Assembly: GCA_965222115.1 (NCBI GenBank)
Contig: CBDCTJ010000001.1
Coordinates: 256,001-320,000 of the forward strand
Direction: 5' to 3'
DNA length: 64,000 bases
Origin: Planctomycetota bacterium
GTDB taxonomy: Bacteria > Planctomycetota > PLA2 > JAEUHO01
Shown here in pieces: positions 1 to 10,100 of this stretch (position 1 is its first letter; every line of letters starts with the position of its first letter). The position numbers and the translations under genes were made by a program. The notes under the pieces are model-generated. The model saw nothing but the letters and a program-made list of their open reading frames with translations. It made no database searches and was not told where the DNA came from.

Positions 1-100
1 TCACGAGGCTTGGAAATGAAGTATCCAACGATTGGCTATCTACAAAAAGTCGACGTCGTCAGCGCCCGGGGGTCAATAGGAACGTCTTTGGATGCGCGTC

Positions 101-274
101 CTAACGAATCAGATCCAGCAGTGAAATGTCGTACGACTCGCCCTGCGCGCCTCCGCCTCGCTTTGCGTTGAATTCGTCTTCTTCGGATTCATACACCGTG
201 ACACAGGAGGTTGCGCTCATGAGCAGGATCGCCACAAGGAATGCGGAGAGCGCCATCTTCGCCCAAACATGCAT
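101..274 (-). CDS. Small putative lipoprotein, 57 aa (below the ORF-track cutoff)
   Basis: Manual translation MHVWAKMALSAFLVAILLMSATSCVTVYESEEDEFNAKRGGGAQGESYDISLLDLIR*: hydrophobic signal followed by lipobox-like ATS-C. Confidence 0.55.
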   Translation of the reverse strand: MHVWAKMALSAFLVAILLMSATSCVTVYESEEDEFNAKRGGGAQGESYDISLLDLIR

Positions 275-324
275 GCGCTGCGCGATGCTCGACGGGATGG
301 ATCGTTGGGCGCAAATGATCGGCT

Positions 325-681
325 TTATCCCCGGACGGCCTTGAGCGCCTCATCATCGGTGTCAAAATTCTCAACCTTGCCGAAGATGCCGACAAGATCA
401 AGGGCGCGCTTCACGGGACCGCGCGTCTCACTGAAGACTACCTTGCGGTGCGTTTTCATCGCCGCGGCGCATGCGGCAGCAATAACGCCAATGCCGGCGC
501 TCGTGATGAACTGAAGATCCGCCATGTTGAGGATGATGTGGGCGGAACCCTCTTCGGCTTCCTTGCGGAGTTCGCCTAGAAACTCCCAAGACTTGTTGTT
601 CCCGACCAGTTCGCCCTTGAGGCGGCAAAGCACAATCTTGCCGTCGTCCAGAATGTTGTGTTCTGCAGAAAAATCGCTCAT
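325..681 (-). CDS. Anti-sigma factor antagonist (STAS domain)
   Basis: 118 aa; 'IILNMADLQFITSAGIGVI' STAS phospho-Ser motif; GAGGTG SD upstream. Confidence 0.9.
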   Translation of the reverse strand: MSDFSAEHNILDDGKIVLCRLKGELVGNNKSWEFLGELRKEAEEGSAHIILNMADLQFITSAGIGVIAAACAAAMKTHRKVVFSETRGPVKRALDLVGIFGKVENFDTDDEALKAVRG

Positions 682-777
682 GGCGGGTCACCTCAATTTG
701 CTCGCTGTCAGTGCCTTGCGCGGCGTATGCAGAGTACCCTATGCGGGAGCGCACGCCGAACATCAGGAGGGACGCGG

Positions 778-1140
778 ATGACCATCCGAGGATTTGATCA
801 CCTGTACATCGAGAGCGCGCACTGGGACGCCTCGCGCGAATTCTGGATGAGCTTGGGACTCACTGAGGTTGCGACTTGGGGCGAGGGCGGGCACCGCGCC
901 TGCAAGCTCGCTTCGGATCAGTTTGCAGTCGTTCTTGCCGAGTCAAGCTCGCCATGTAGTCCCACGATGCACCTGAGCGTCGACGACGCCAAGGATGTTC
1001 AACGAGAGTTGCAAGGCGCACCCGGCGTCAAGATCACAACACCAGCCGAAAACACCCACTGGGGCACATCGTGGATCCGCGTTGCAACGCCGGATGGGCA
1101 TGAGATCGCGCTGGAGTGCCCTCGACCAATGGTCGACTAG
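778..1140 (+). CDS. VOC/glyoxalase family protein
   Basis: ATG 778 after AGGAGG; 'FDHLYIE', 'HLSVDD', 'TPAENTHWGTSWIRVATPDGHEIALE'. Confidence 0.85.
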   Translation: MTIRGFDHLYIESAHWDASREFWMSLGLTEVATWGEGGHRACKLASDQFAVVLAESSSPCSPTMHLSVDDAKDVQRELQGAPGVKITTPAENTHWGTSWIRVATPDGHEIALECPRPMVD

Positions 1141-2180
1141 CGTGCATTCATCGGAGGAGCGACGCGAACCAACGTACTGCCATCATCACACGCCTCCACC
1201 GCAATGCGCGGCCCCAGGAAAGCGTGGATCACTTCAATATTGGTCTTGCTGTGCGGCGTGAGTCCGACCGTACGAAACGCACCGCCCGCACCGAGCACCA
1301 TTGGCAGCATGAGTTGATCCGCCAGATGACGACCCACGGGCGCATCCAACTTCATCCAACGACGCGCCTGACGACACGCGGTCTTCGCAACGCGCTCGGC
1401 GGGCAGATCCACCTTGCCGTGACTCTCAAAGACTTCGCTCACGTGCTCATGATCGATCTGCAATACAACGGTGTTACCCGGACCGGGACTTCCGGTCGCC
1501 TGAATCACGTGCGAATCGCGCTTACGCCATCCAAGTTCGCGGCGTACGACTTCGAGTTCGCGCTCGGCAATTTGGTGGTGGAGATTGGCGATGTAGGCCC
1601 GTGCAGCAACGGACGTACGCTGTCCACGTTCCATGAGCTCAAGTGAACGCCACGTTTCCGGGGGTTCAATGACGACTGTGATACGGCCCCCACCCGCCGG
1701 GAAGAAACCATAGCGCTCGATGTCCATGGAGATCGTTGCACCCATAGCGCGTAAAGCCGGTGCAAAGGCGTACTTGAGATAATCAAACGACGGCGCAAAC
1801 GAGGCGTGAGTCCCGCCTTCAACCACGAGCGTTGTGGGTCCGTCGGCCAGCAACGCCGCGGGCAGCACGGCCTGGACAACCAGACTCGTGCTACCCGCGG
1901 TTCCGACAGACAAGTGGTAGGTCCCCGCCGCAATGCCTTGCGGCGTGAAGTCGAGCGACTCCGAACGCAACTCAGCACCTTGCACCATGGCATGACCCAT
2001 GCGCTTGGCAGCTTCAACACACGTGAGGTGTTGACGCAAGAGACCACCCTTGCGACGCCCAGCCCGAATCTTCCGCATTGAAAGCGGCCGACCCGTGGCG
2101 AGCGAAAGCGCGAGGGAGGAGCGCAGCATTTGGCCGCCCCCCTCGCCCTTACTTCCGTCAATGACAACCGGTGTGTTCAC
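1137..2180 (-). CDS. rtcA: RNA 3'-terminal phosphate cyclase
   Basis: 'IDGSKGEGGGQMLRSSLALS', 'RYGFFPAGGG', catalytic 'GRHLADQLMLP'; lies downstream of rtcB. Confidence 0.97.
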   Translation of the reverse strand: MNTPVVIDGSKGEGGGQMLRSSLALSLATGRPLSMRKIRAGRRKGGLLRQHLTCVEAAKRMGHAMVQGAELRSESLDFTPQGIAAGTYHLSVGTAGSTSLVVQAVLPAALLADGPTTLVVEGGTHASFAPSFDYLKYAFAPALRAMGATISMDIERYGFFPAGGGRITVVIEPPETWRSLELMERGQRTSVAARAYIANLHHQIAERELEVVRRELGWRKRDSHVIQATGSPGPGNTVVLQIDHEHVSEVFESHGKVDLPAERVAKTACRQARRWMKLDAPVGRHLADQLMLPMVLGAGGAFRTVGLTPHSKTNIEVIHAFLGPRIAVEACDDGSTLVRVAPPMNAR

Positions 2181-2251
2181 CGTATTCCTCGTTACGCATC
2201 ACGACGACGGCCGCTAGGCACTCGGCGCAAAACGTACTTTCAAACGCAGTT

Positions 2252-3457
2252 CTATCCCTTTACGCAAATAACCTGCTTGATTTCGTGTACGACTTCAACA
2301 AGGTCCTTCTGTGCGTTCATGACGGCGTCGATTGACTTGTAGGCCGCCGGCGTCTCGTCCAAGACACCCGCGTCCTTTCGACATTCCACGCCCGCGGTCA
2401 TGCGTTCGTGGTCTTCCTTGGTGAACTTCTTACGCGCCGCGGTTCGCGACATCGTCCGACCTGCACCGTGGCTGCAGCTCTCAAAGCTCTCGGGGTTTCC
2501 AAGCCCGCGAACAATGTAGGAGCGCGCCCCCATACTGCCCGGAATGATGCCCATCTCGCCGCGACCGGCACGCACGGCCCCCTTACGGGTGACCCACACG
2601 TCTTCGCCGTAGTGCTCCTCACGCACAACGTAGTTGTGGTGACAGTTCACGGCTTCGACCTGCGCATTGAAGTCGGGAAGCTCTCGAATGCTCTTCAGCG
2701 CGTCCATGACAAAGCCCATCATTACGATGCGGTTTTGCCGTGCGTAGTTCTGGGCCCATCCAACCGCTTCAACGTAGTCGTCAAAGTGCTTGGTGCCTTC
2801 CGTAAAGTAGGCCAGGTCCTTGTCGGGCAATGTGGACAACGCGTCTTCCATGTCCTTCTTTGCCCGCGCAATGAAGTAGCGGCCGATCATGTTGCCAATC
2901 CCGCGTGAACCGCTGTGCAGCATGGCCCACACACGATCTTCCGTATCAAGGCAAATCTCGATGAAGTGGTTTCCCCCACCGAGGGTTCCCAACTGCTTTG
3001 CGGCAGCCTTTTCACCGATCTTCGGGTGCTTGGCCATAATGCGCTTGAAGGCCTTGTCCATCTTGGCCCACGCCTTTGCGTTCACATTCGGCAAACGCTT
3101 GTGCGACGCGCGACCCACCGGTACACGCCGTTCAATCTGCGTACGCATGTTCTTCAAGTTGTCGGGGAGGTCGCTGGCCTTTAGCGATGTACGCACCGCC
3201 ATCATGCCGCAACCAATGTCCACGCCAACCGCCGCCGGAATGATTGCCTTGTGCGTGGGAATCACGCTGCCAATTGTGGCACCGAGACCCCAGTGAACAT
3301 CGGGCATCGCCGCAACCCAGCGATGGATAAACGGCAACTTGGCCACGTTCTTGAGCTGGCGCTTGGCCTCGTCTTCAATCGGCACGCCTCGAGTCCATGT
3401 CTTGACCGGCACGCCTTCGCCCTCGGGCTGAATGACTTCGTAGTTGGTGGTGGTCAT
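2252..3457 (-). CDS. rtcB: RNA 2',3'-cyclic phosphate / 5'-OH ligase RtcB
   Basis: 'MPDVHWG', 'VGVDIGCGM', 'GTLGGGNHFIE', 'HSGSRG', 'SCSHGAGR'; ATG 3457 preceded by GGGAGG. Confidence 0.97.
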   Translation of the reverse strand: MTTTNYEVIQPEGEGVPVKTWTRGVPIEDEAKRQLKNVAKLPFIHRWVAAMPDVHWGLGATIGSVIPTHKAIIPAAVGVDIGCGMMAVRTSLKASDLPDNLKNMRTQIERRVPVGRASHKRLPNVNAKAWAKMDKAFKRIMAKHPKIGEKAAAKQLGTLGGGNHFIEICLDTEDRVWAMLHSGSRGIGNMIGRYFIARAKKDMEDALSTLPDKDLAYFTEGTKHFDDYVEAVGWAQNYARQNRIVMMGFVMDALKSIRELPDFNAQVEAVNCHHNYVVREEHYGEDVWVTRKGAVRAGRGEMGIIPGSMGARSYIVRGLGNPESFESCSHGAGRTMSRTAARKKFTKEDHERMTAGVECRKDAGVLDETPAAYKSIDAVMNAQKDLVEVVHEIKQVICVKG

Positions 3458-3517
3458 TGTGGACCTCCCATCGTGATGCGAACTGTGGACGACGACTCGT
3501 CGCCCAGCGATCCCTAT

Positions 3518-3534
3518 CACACGCGGCGTGCCAG
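3518..3534 (-). promoter_or_regulatory. Candidate sigma-54 promoter for rtcBA
   Basis: Minus strand CTGGCACG-CCGC-GTGTG: perfect -24 element, non-consensus -12 (GTGT instead of TTGC); divergent from a sigma-54 activator. Confidence 0.6.
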
Positions 3535-3630
3535 AATCGAAAGCGCCCGGAGATTTTACATAACATGCTGTAAATTATGATCTTACGATCGATCCACCAA
3601 GGACTAACTCAACAGGCCAAAGGCAGTCTA

Positions 3631-3667
3631 TATATCTAGATATACAAATATATCTATTCATATAGAT
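3631..3667. promoter_or_regulatory. AT-rich palindromes, candidate RtcR upstream activator sites
   Basis: Perfect palindrome TATATCTAGATATA (3631-3644) and ATCTAT-N4-ATAGAT (3652-3667), about 100 bp upstream of the -24 element. Confidence 0.55.
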
Positions 3668-3677
3668 TGATTGAGCC

Positions 3678-5261
3678 ATGGCCGCCCAGAAAGTCACCGC
3701 GCTCGGATTCCTCGGCACGCGAATTGACCGCGGAGGTTGGCGGCGCTGGCGACCCACCGTGGACTTGTGTCGCCACGACGACTTGGTCATAGAAAAGCTC
3801 GAACTCCTGGTCGATCCCAAATCGCGCGACCTCGCCAAGGAAATCACTCGCGACCTATCGGCCATCTCTCCTGAGACCAACCTTGTCGTTCACGACTTCG
3901 ATATGGACGACCCGTGGGACTTTGAAGAAGTCTATGGACGCCTGCACGACTTTGCGTTGACGCGTAAGTTCGATCCCGAACGTGAAGACCTGCTCATTCA
4001 CATGACCACGGGCACGCACGTTGCGCAGATCTGTCTCTACCTCTTAACGGAAGCACGCTACCTACCCGGCAGGTTGATTCAAACCAGTCCACCCAAACGC
4101 GGCCAAATGCCCGGGCGCTACACGATTATCGACCTGGACCTGTCTCGCTTTGACCGATTGCACGCGCGCTTTGAACGCGAGAAAGAAGAGGGCCGCTCGT
4201 TTCTCAAGGCGGGCATCGCTACGAAGAATAAGAAGTTCAACGCACTGATCGAACTCATTGAACGCGTCGCCATTCGCTCGCGCGATCCCATGTTGCTGCT
4301 CGGCCCAACCGGTGCGGGCAAGAGTGCATTGGCAAAACGCATTCACGCGCTCAAACGTGAACGCAATCAACTGCAGGGACAGGGTCCGTTTGTGGGCATT
4401 AACTGTGCCACCTTGCGGGGCGAGAACGCGATGTCGGCGCTCTTTGGTCATGTGCGCGGAGCCTTCACGGGTGCTGCAAGTGCCAGACAGGGATTGCTAC
4501 GCGCGGCCGACGGTGGCGTGTTGTTTCTCGACGAGATTGGCGAGCTCGGCCTCGATGAGCAAGCCATGCTGCTGCGCGCCCTTGAAGATGGTACGTTCCT
4601 TCCGCTGGGAAGTGATCGCGAAGTGTCCAGTCGGTTTCAATTGCTTGCCGGCACCAACCGCGATCTCCGCATGGACGTGGGCGCGGGACGTTTTCGCGGC
4701 GACCTTCTCTCGCGCATCGACGTGTGGACCTTCGAACTGCCCGCTCTCAAGGATCGACCCGAAGACATCGAACCCAATCTCGAATTCGAACTCGGGCGTG
4801 CGGGAGGACTCACGTCGGGCCGCGCCTCGATGAATCGCGACGCACGTCGCGCCTTCCTCAAGTTCGCCACCAGCCCCGGCGCGCTTTGGCTCGGCAACTT
4901 CCGCGACTTCTCAGGCGCCATTCGACGCATGGCCACACTTGCACAGGGTGGCCGCATTGACCGCGCCCTCGTCGAAGACGAAATCGAACGCCTCAAACGC
5001 TCTTGGAATCGCGGCGCCCCCACAGACGACCCGCGTCGCATACTGAGCAGCGTATTGAGCGACGACGCCATGGCCGACATCGACCGCTTCGATCTCGTTC
5101 AGCTTGCCGATGTCGTAGACGTTTGCCGCACCTCAAAGTCTCTCAGCGCCGCCGGCCGCACCCTCTTCGCCGCTTCCCGCACCAAACGCACCTCCACCAA
5201 CGACGCCGATCGGCTGCGCAAGTACCTTCAGCGCTTCGGCCTGCGATTTAGCGACCTCTAA
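3678..5261 (+). CDS. rtcR: Sigma-54-dependent RNA-repair activator RtcR
   Basis: N-terminal 'RWRPTVDLC...DPWDFEEVYGRLHDF...HMTTGTHVAQIC'; Walker A GPTGAGKS, GAFTGA, FLDEIGE; C-terminal 'NDADRLRKYL'. Confidence 0.97.
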   Translation: MAAQKVTALGFLGTRIDRGGWRRWRPTVDLCRHDDLVIEKLELLVDPKSRDLAKEITRDLSAISPETNLVVHDFDMDDPWDFEEVYGRLHDFALTRKFDPEREDLLIHMTTGTHVAQICLYLLTEARYLPGRLIQTSPPKRGQMPGRYTIIDLDLSRFDRLHARFEREKEEGRSFLKAGIATKNKKFNALIELIERVAIRSRDPMLLLGPTGAGKSALAKRIHALKRERNQLQGQGPFVGINCATLRGENAMSALFGHVRGAFTGAASARQGLLRAADGGVLFLDEIGELGLDEQAMLLRALEDGTFLPLGSDREVSSRFQLLAGTNRDLRMDVGAGRFRGDLLSRIDVWTFELPALKDRPEDIEPNLEFELGRAGGLTSGRASMNRDARRAFLKFATSPGALWLGNFRDFSGAIRRMATLAQGGRIDRALVEDEIERLKRSWNRGAPTDDPRRILSSVLSDDAMADIDRFDLVQLADVVDVCRTSKSLSAAGRTLFAASRTKRTSTNDADRLRKYLQRFGLRFSDL

Positions 5262-5866
5262 ATTCATACTCGAAGAGCCGAGCAATGAACCGGCTATCCG
5301 TATGAAGGCAGAGTTGCATTCGAAAATTCAGAAAATTGTTGGCGGATGTCGCGCATGAATGACGAGATATTAAAGGGCAGTTTTAATTTTCGCGCATCTC
5401 ATTGCCATAAGCGCCCGTGATTACCGACAAAGTAGCCGATGTCGGTACGCGCAAGAGTTTGCTCTCAATGCACAAAAATCGGCTTATGGGAGTCCTTCGC
5501 GATTCGCCAACCTTCGTTTGATTTGATTGGCTGTGTCACGCATGCGTATCTCCTACGTCACGATGCACGTGACAAGAGTTGTGCGAATCAAGATCAACTT
5601 TAGCGGGAAAACGCAGATAACGTGCGGGTGTGCGGCCTACGGAGCGCCGTGCAAATAATTTCGAGTCGAGTAAGGGCAGCAATCTTTGCACAACTTTCGC
5701 CGTGAAATTTCGCGCCACTCGAAACTCTCATCCCTACCGTCAGACTTGCGCAGTGGAGAAGCACGCGCAAGTCGCCGTGTTCCTCCGAAAGCGTGCAACG
5801 CAGACATACGGGGATGTATCCACGCCGATTGAGAAGTGGATGGCTTCCCCGGTTAGGGGGCACACC

Positions 5867-7087
5867 ATGGCCAGAAGAGGGAATCGCGAGCCAAAACGGG
5901 GCCGCGAACGAATCGATGAGTCTTCAAGTCGCGTAGATCGCGCGCAGAAAGTCAGGCGCGCTGCACCTGTTGCGGGTGTAATTCTTGTGGCACTTGTAGC
6001 AGCGGTGATCACCGCAGCGCCTACGCCGTTCGAAGCTGATTTGGCGCTTTTGTCGAATGTCGATGCTCAGAAGCGCCAAGACGCAAGCGATCGCCTGGGA
6101 AAGGGCGGTAGCAAGCAGGCCACAAAGCTCTTGGACGAACTTGCAGGCAAACACTCCGCCGTCACACGCGCCGGTCTTGTACGCTCCCTTTCAAAGCTAC
6201 CTGTGGGTGGTGATCACGTGAGCGCACTTCGCGATCTCTTGGCGAGTGACAATGTCAACATTGCAGCCAGCGCCGCGCTGATTCTTCAGAAGGCGCCAAA
6301 GGCGCGCGACAAGCTCGTTGCTGAACTTTCAAATGTTCTTGCCGATGACCGGGTAGTCGATGGCGTTAAGGCGCGTGCAGCGCGTGCGCTCAAGGGAACC
6401 ACGGGCGCAGGCGCAAAGGCCCTGGAGGCCGCAGCGGCAAGTTCCGGGCTCACCAAGCTTGCCGCCATTCGCACGCTTGGATTCATTCCAACGTCTGGCC
6501 CCGGCAAGCTCGCATCGATCGCCACGGATGAAAAACGCGAAGATCGAGATCGAGTTCTCGCGATGCGCTCTCTTGGTGAAGTCACGGGCAGCAACGCAAG
6601 TTCGGCATCATCCGAGCTCAAGACGCTCGTGAAGAGCAAATCAGGATTTGTGCGCGAGCACGCAACAGCGGCACTTAGCGCGAGAGGCGAGTCCGGAAGC
6701 GCTTCAACGTTTGTCACACTTGCTAAAGATAAGGACGCGCGTGTCCGCCTGGAGGCACTGAGAGCCATTCAGAAGGCAAAGACAGTCTCAAGCGAGAAAG
6801 CCACAGTCAAGACGTTGCTATCCGATTCGGATGTTCGCGTGAAAGAGCTCGCGCTGCGTCTCGCCGCCGCTGAGAAGCCGTGGGACCTGTCCGACGTCAA
6901 GAGCACATTCGTTTCTGAGCTTAGTTCCAAGAACTTCAAGATCCGTCTTCGCTCGGCCTTAGCGCTTGCAGCCTACGGCGACAAGGGCGGGCTTCAAACC
7001 ATGAAGACCGACACAGATTCCTCCACCAAATCCGTCGCGGCCCAAGCCAAGGCAGCGTACGACCTCATAGACAAAATCGAAGAGTAG
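5867..7087 (+). CDS. Membrane-anchored/exported HEAT-repeat protein
   Basis: ATG 5867 after AGGGGG; basic N-tail, TM 'VAGVILVALVAAVITAA'; repeats such as 'LAKDKDARVRLEALRAI' and 'LLSDSDVRVKELALRL'. Confidence 0.8.
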   Translation: MARRGNREPKRGRERIDESSSRVDRAQKVRRAAPVAGVILVALVAAVITAAPTPFEADLALLSNVDAQKRQDASDRLGKGGSKQATKLLDELAGKHSAVTRAGLVRSLSKLPVGGDHVSALRDLLASDNVNIAASAALILQKAPKARDKLVAELSNVLADDRVVDGVKARAARALKGTTGAGAKALEAAAASSGLTKLAAIRTLGFIPTSGPGKLASIATDEKREDRDRVLAMRSLGEVTGSNASSASSELKTLVKSKSGFVREHATAALSARGESGSASTFVTLAKDKDARVRLEALRAIQKAKTVSSEKATVKTLLSDSDVRVKELALRLAAAEKPWDLSDVKSTFVSELSSKNFKIRLRSALALAAYGDKGGLQTMKTDTDSSTKSVAAQAKAAYDLIDKIEE

Positions 7088-7143
7088 GGCGAAACGCGGC
7101 ACCGGAAACTATCAAGTAAGGCGTGAGCGAGATTGGGGTAGAC

Positions 7144-10100
7144 ATGGCCAGCAAGAACAGAAACAGTCGAAAGCGTTCAAAGAAGGACAGCCGCCCGGTA
7201 ACGCCTCGCCCATGGGTACACACGCCTCTGGGGTTGGTTGCCGTAGGGCTTGCAACCTATGCACTGGCATTCCTCGTGCTAACTGGTGGCCGTCGCATTC
7301 TTGCTGAGGCGGCGCCTCCAAGTCCGATCGTCATCACCGACTTTGGCATGAAGGACACGAGTACCACGGGAAATCCAAAGGAGTCGTACAACTTGGCCGG
7401 GCAGGCTGGCGGCATCTATCAGGTCGATAACACAAACCGCCACGCGGTTTCATTCACGTCACTAAAGCCCGCCCACTCAAACAACGCGGTTGAGCAGATT
7501 GATTTGGATGAGACTACCGGGGACATCATCTATGGAGCGAACAACGGCGAGATTGTCCGCGTGGACATGACGACGAACACGTCAACCACTGTCGGAACGA
7601 TTTCGGGTGCAGATTTCAAGGTAGCCGCGGCCGACAACAATTCGGCTAGTACAGATGCGTGGGCGATTGACGCCAATTCAAATCAGCTCTACATGATTAA
7701 CAATGCCGGCCCCACCGTGGCTAGCGGCGCTTCCTTTGCGAAGGGTCCGACCGAACTGGCCGGCCCCAAGCCCGGTAACAACAACGTCGTCGCTTTGGGA
7801 GACGGTTCGGCCGAGATATATCGCCTCGATGTGACGCTCTTAGTTGACTACGACGACACGTTTGCCGGTGCCAATGTCGAGCCGACCGGGCTTGCTGTGG
7901 CCGATGCCGACTATTGCTACGTCTCGATTAATGACGGCTCAACGGCAAAAGTATTGCAGGTTGACTTGCGGGCATCGACGTTCGGATTTGTGACGTCTGT
8001 TATGGGGACGTACTCAAACGTGAGTGCGGTGGACATTTCTGTTGCCGGTCCGTGGGTCACCGTGCTCATGTCGGACAGCGCGAACAACGAGACGACTGCG
8101 CGCGTGTTTGATGTGGGCGTTCCAAGTTCGCCGCTTTACGTGGGCAGCGTGGACTTGTCGTTGGGCCACCAGGCCCACGGCGGGTTGACCACACAACTCG
8201 ACGGCGGCGGAACCCTTGACGACTTGGAGTTCATGTGGGCCAATCTCACTCAGGACATGAGCGTTACGACGGGTCGTGATGTTGAAGGCGAGTGGACATT
8301 TGGGTCTGCGAGCAGCGTCCCTCCGGGCGGCGTGTTTCCCACGATCACGGCGGCGGCGTCGGGCGCGTATGGCATGGAAGCGCTCACCTGTGTGTGGCCG
8401 TGCCCTCCTTTTGGACCCGATTCACAAGGCCCTGTTGCCGGCCCCACGCCACCAGCCCACACCGCATCCACGCCTCATAGTGTTCAGCTCAGCACGGGCG
8501 AAGAAGTGCTGATTCACCGACTGGTTTCGATTCCCGGTCGCGGCATGGATCTAGACCTCACGCTTACGTACCGATCGCGGCGAGATTTTTCGGGGCGCTA
8601 CGGCAACAGTTGGTTCCTCAATCAAGACGTGCGGATGAAGACCGAGACGAACGGGGATATGACGTATCAAAGCCCCTATGGGCGTGTGGATACGTATGTC
8701 AAATCCGGGAGCACGTTCATTCCGCCCACGCACTACGACACCACGCTTGCGCCGTCGGGATCTAACCACACCGTTACCGATCGATTGGGCCGCGTGAGCA
8801 CGTTTAATGCAAACGGGCAGCGGATAAGTCTGGCCGATCGCTATGGCAATACACACACTTATACCTACACGGGCGACAAGCTGACTCAGATCACGGATTC
8901 GCTGAATCGCAACATTTCACTCAACTACGACGCGATGGGGCGGCTTTCAAGTGTGGTTGACTTCGGCGGCCGCACGTGGACATTTTCCTATAACTACATG
9001 GGGGACCTCCGGACGATCACGAGTCCGGTTTCCGCACAGTTTTCCTCGGGGCGCACGGTGCGCTATTCCTACAGCGCCAACCACGCACAGACGCGCTTCA
9101 AGTCGAACCTGATTCACGTGGAAAACGCCAAGGGCGAAGTCGTTCAGACGCTTGAGTACGACGAGAACGACATGGTGGTAAAGGAGGCGCTTGGTCCGGG
9201 CGAATACACAATTTCGTATGACGTTCCCAACAAGCGGACGACCGTAGTTGACCGCGCGGGAAATACAACGCGCTGGACTTTTGGTTCCTTCGCGGTGCCC
9301 ACGGAAAAGAAGGTCTATACCAAGGGTCTGCGTACCGGCGAGCCGACTGACTTCACCACGACGTATACGGTGAACGCAACCACCGGCATGACCACGGCTG
9401 TGGTATATCCGCGCGGAAACCGGACCGACTATACGTATGACAGTTCGCTCAATCTAACGGAGGTCCGGCACCGGACGACGGACACCAGCACCAACAGTGG
9501 CACGGACCTCGTAACCTCTTACCAGTACACGGGCCAATACAACCAAGTGAGCCAAGTGACCGACCCCAAGGGAAACGTCACCACCATGACGGTGGACTCT
9601 TCTGGCAACACGACGGCCGTATCGCGACCCACGGTCACCCAGCCGACGAACCAGTCCATCGCAGAGACCTATGCTTACGATTCATACGGGCGCATCACGT
9701 CGGCGACAGACGCCGAGAGCCGCGTGACAAATTTCGTTTACTACACGACGGGTTCCCAGAACGGATACTTGCACAAAGTCATTCGTGATCCTGGCGGGCT
9801 GGCGATCACCACGACATTTCAATATGATCAGTATGGAAACGTAACCTCTGTAACAGGCCCGAATGGCGCCACCACAACGATTACGGTGGACGCCGAAAAT
9901 TTTGTTACCCAGATACAAGCGCCTACGCCGCTTAACTACAAACGCAAGTTCACCTACGATGCCAATCGAAATCTCACGCTGCTTGAAACGGAGAACCGCG
10001 ACAAGAACGGCACGCTTGATGCCACTACGCCCTGGATTGAGACAAGTTATACGTACAACGAAATGGGCTGGCGCTTGACTGCCACCCAAGATCTGACGTC

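Noticed and set aside
2181-2251. tRNA or Y RNA between rtcB and rtcA
   Set aside because: No cloverleaf or TTCRA T-loop context, and no Ro60/Rsr gene nearby.
5630-5866. Longer start for the HEAT protein
   Set aside because: ATG 5867 has an SD and places the TM near the N-terminus; the upstream part looks non-coding.
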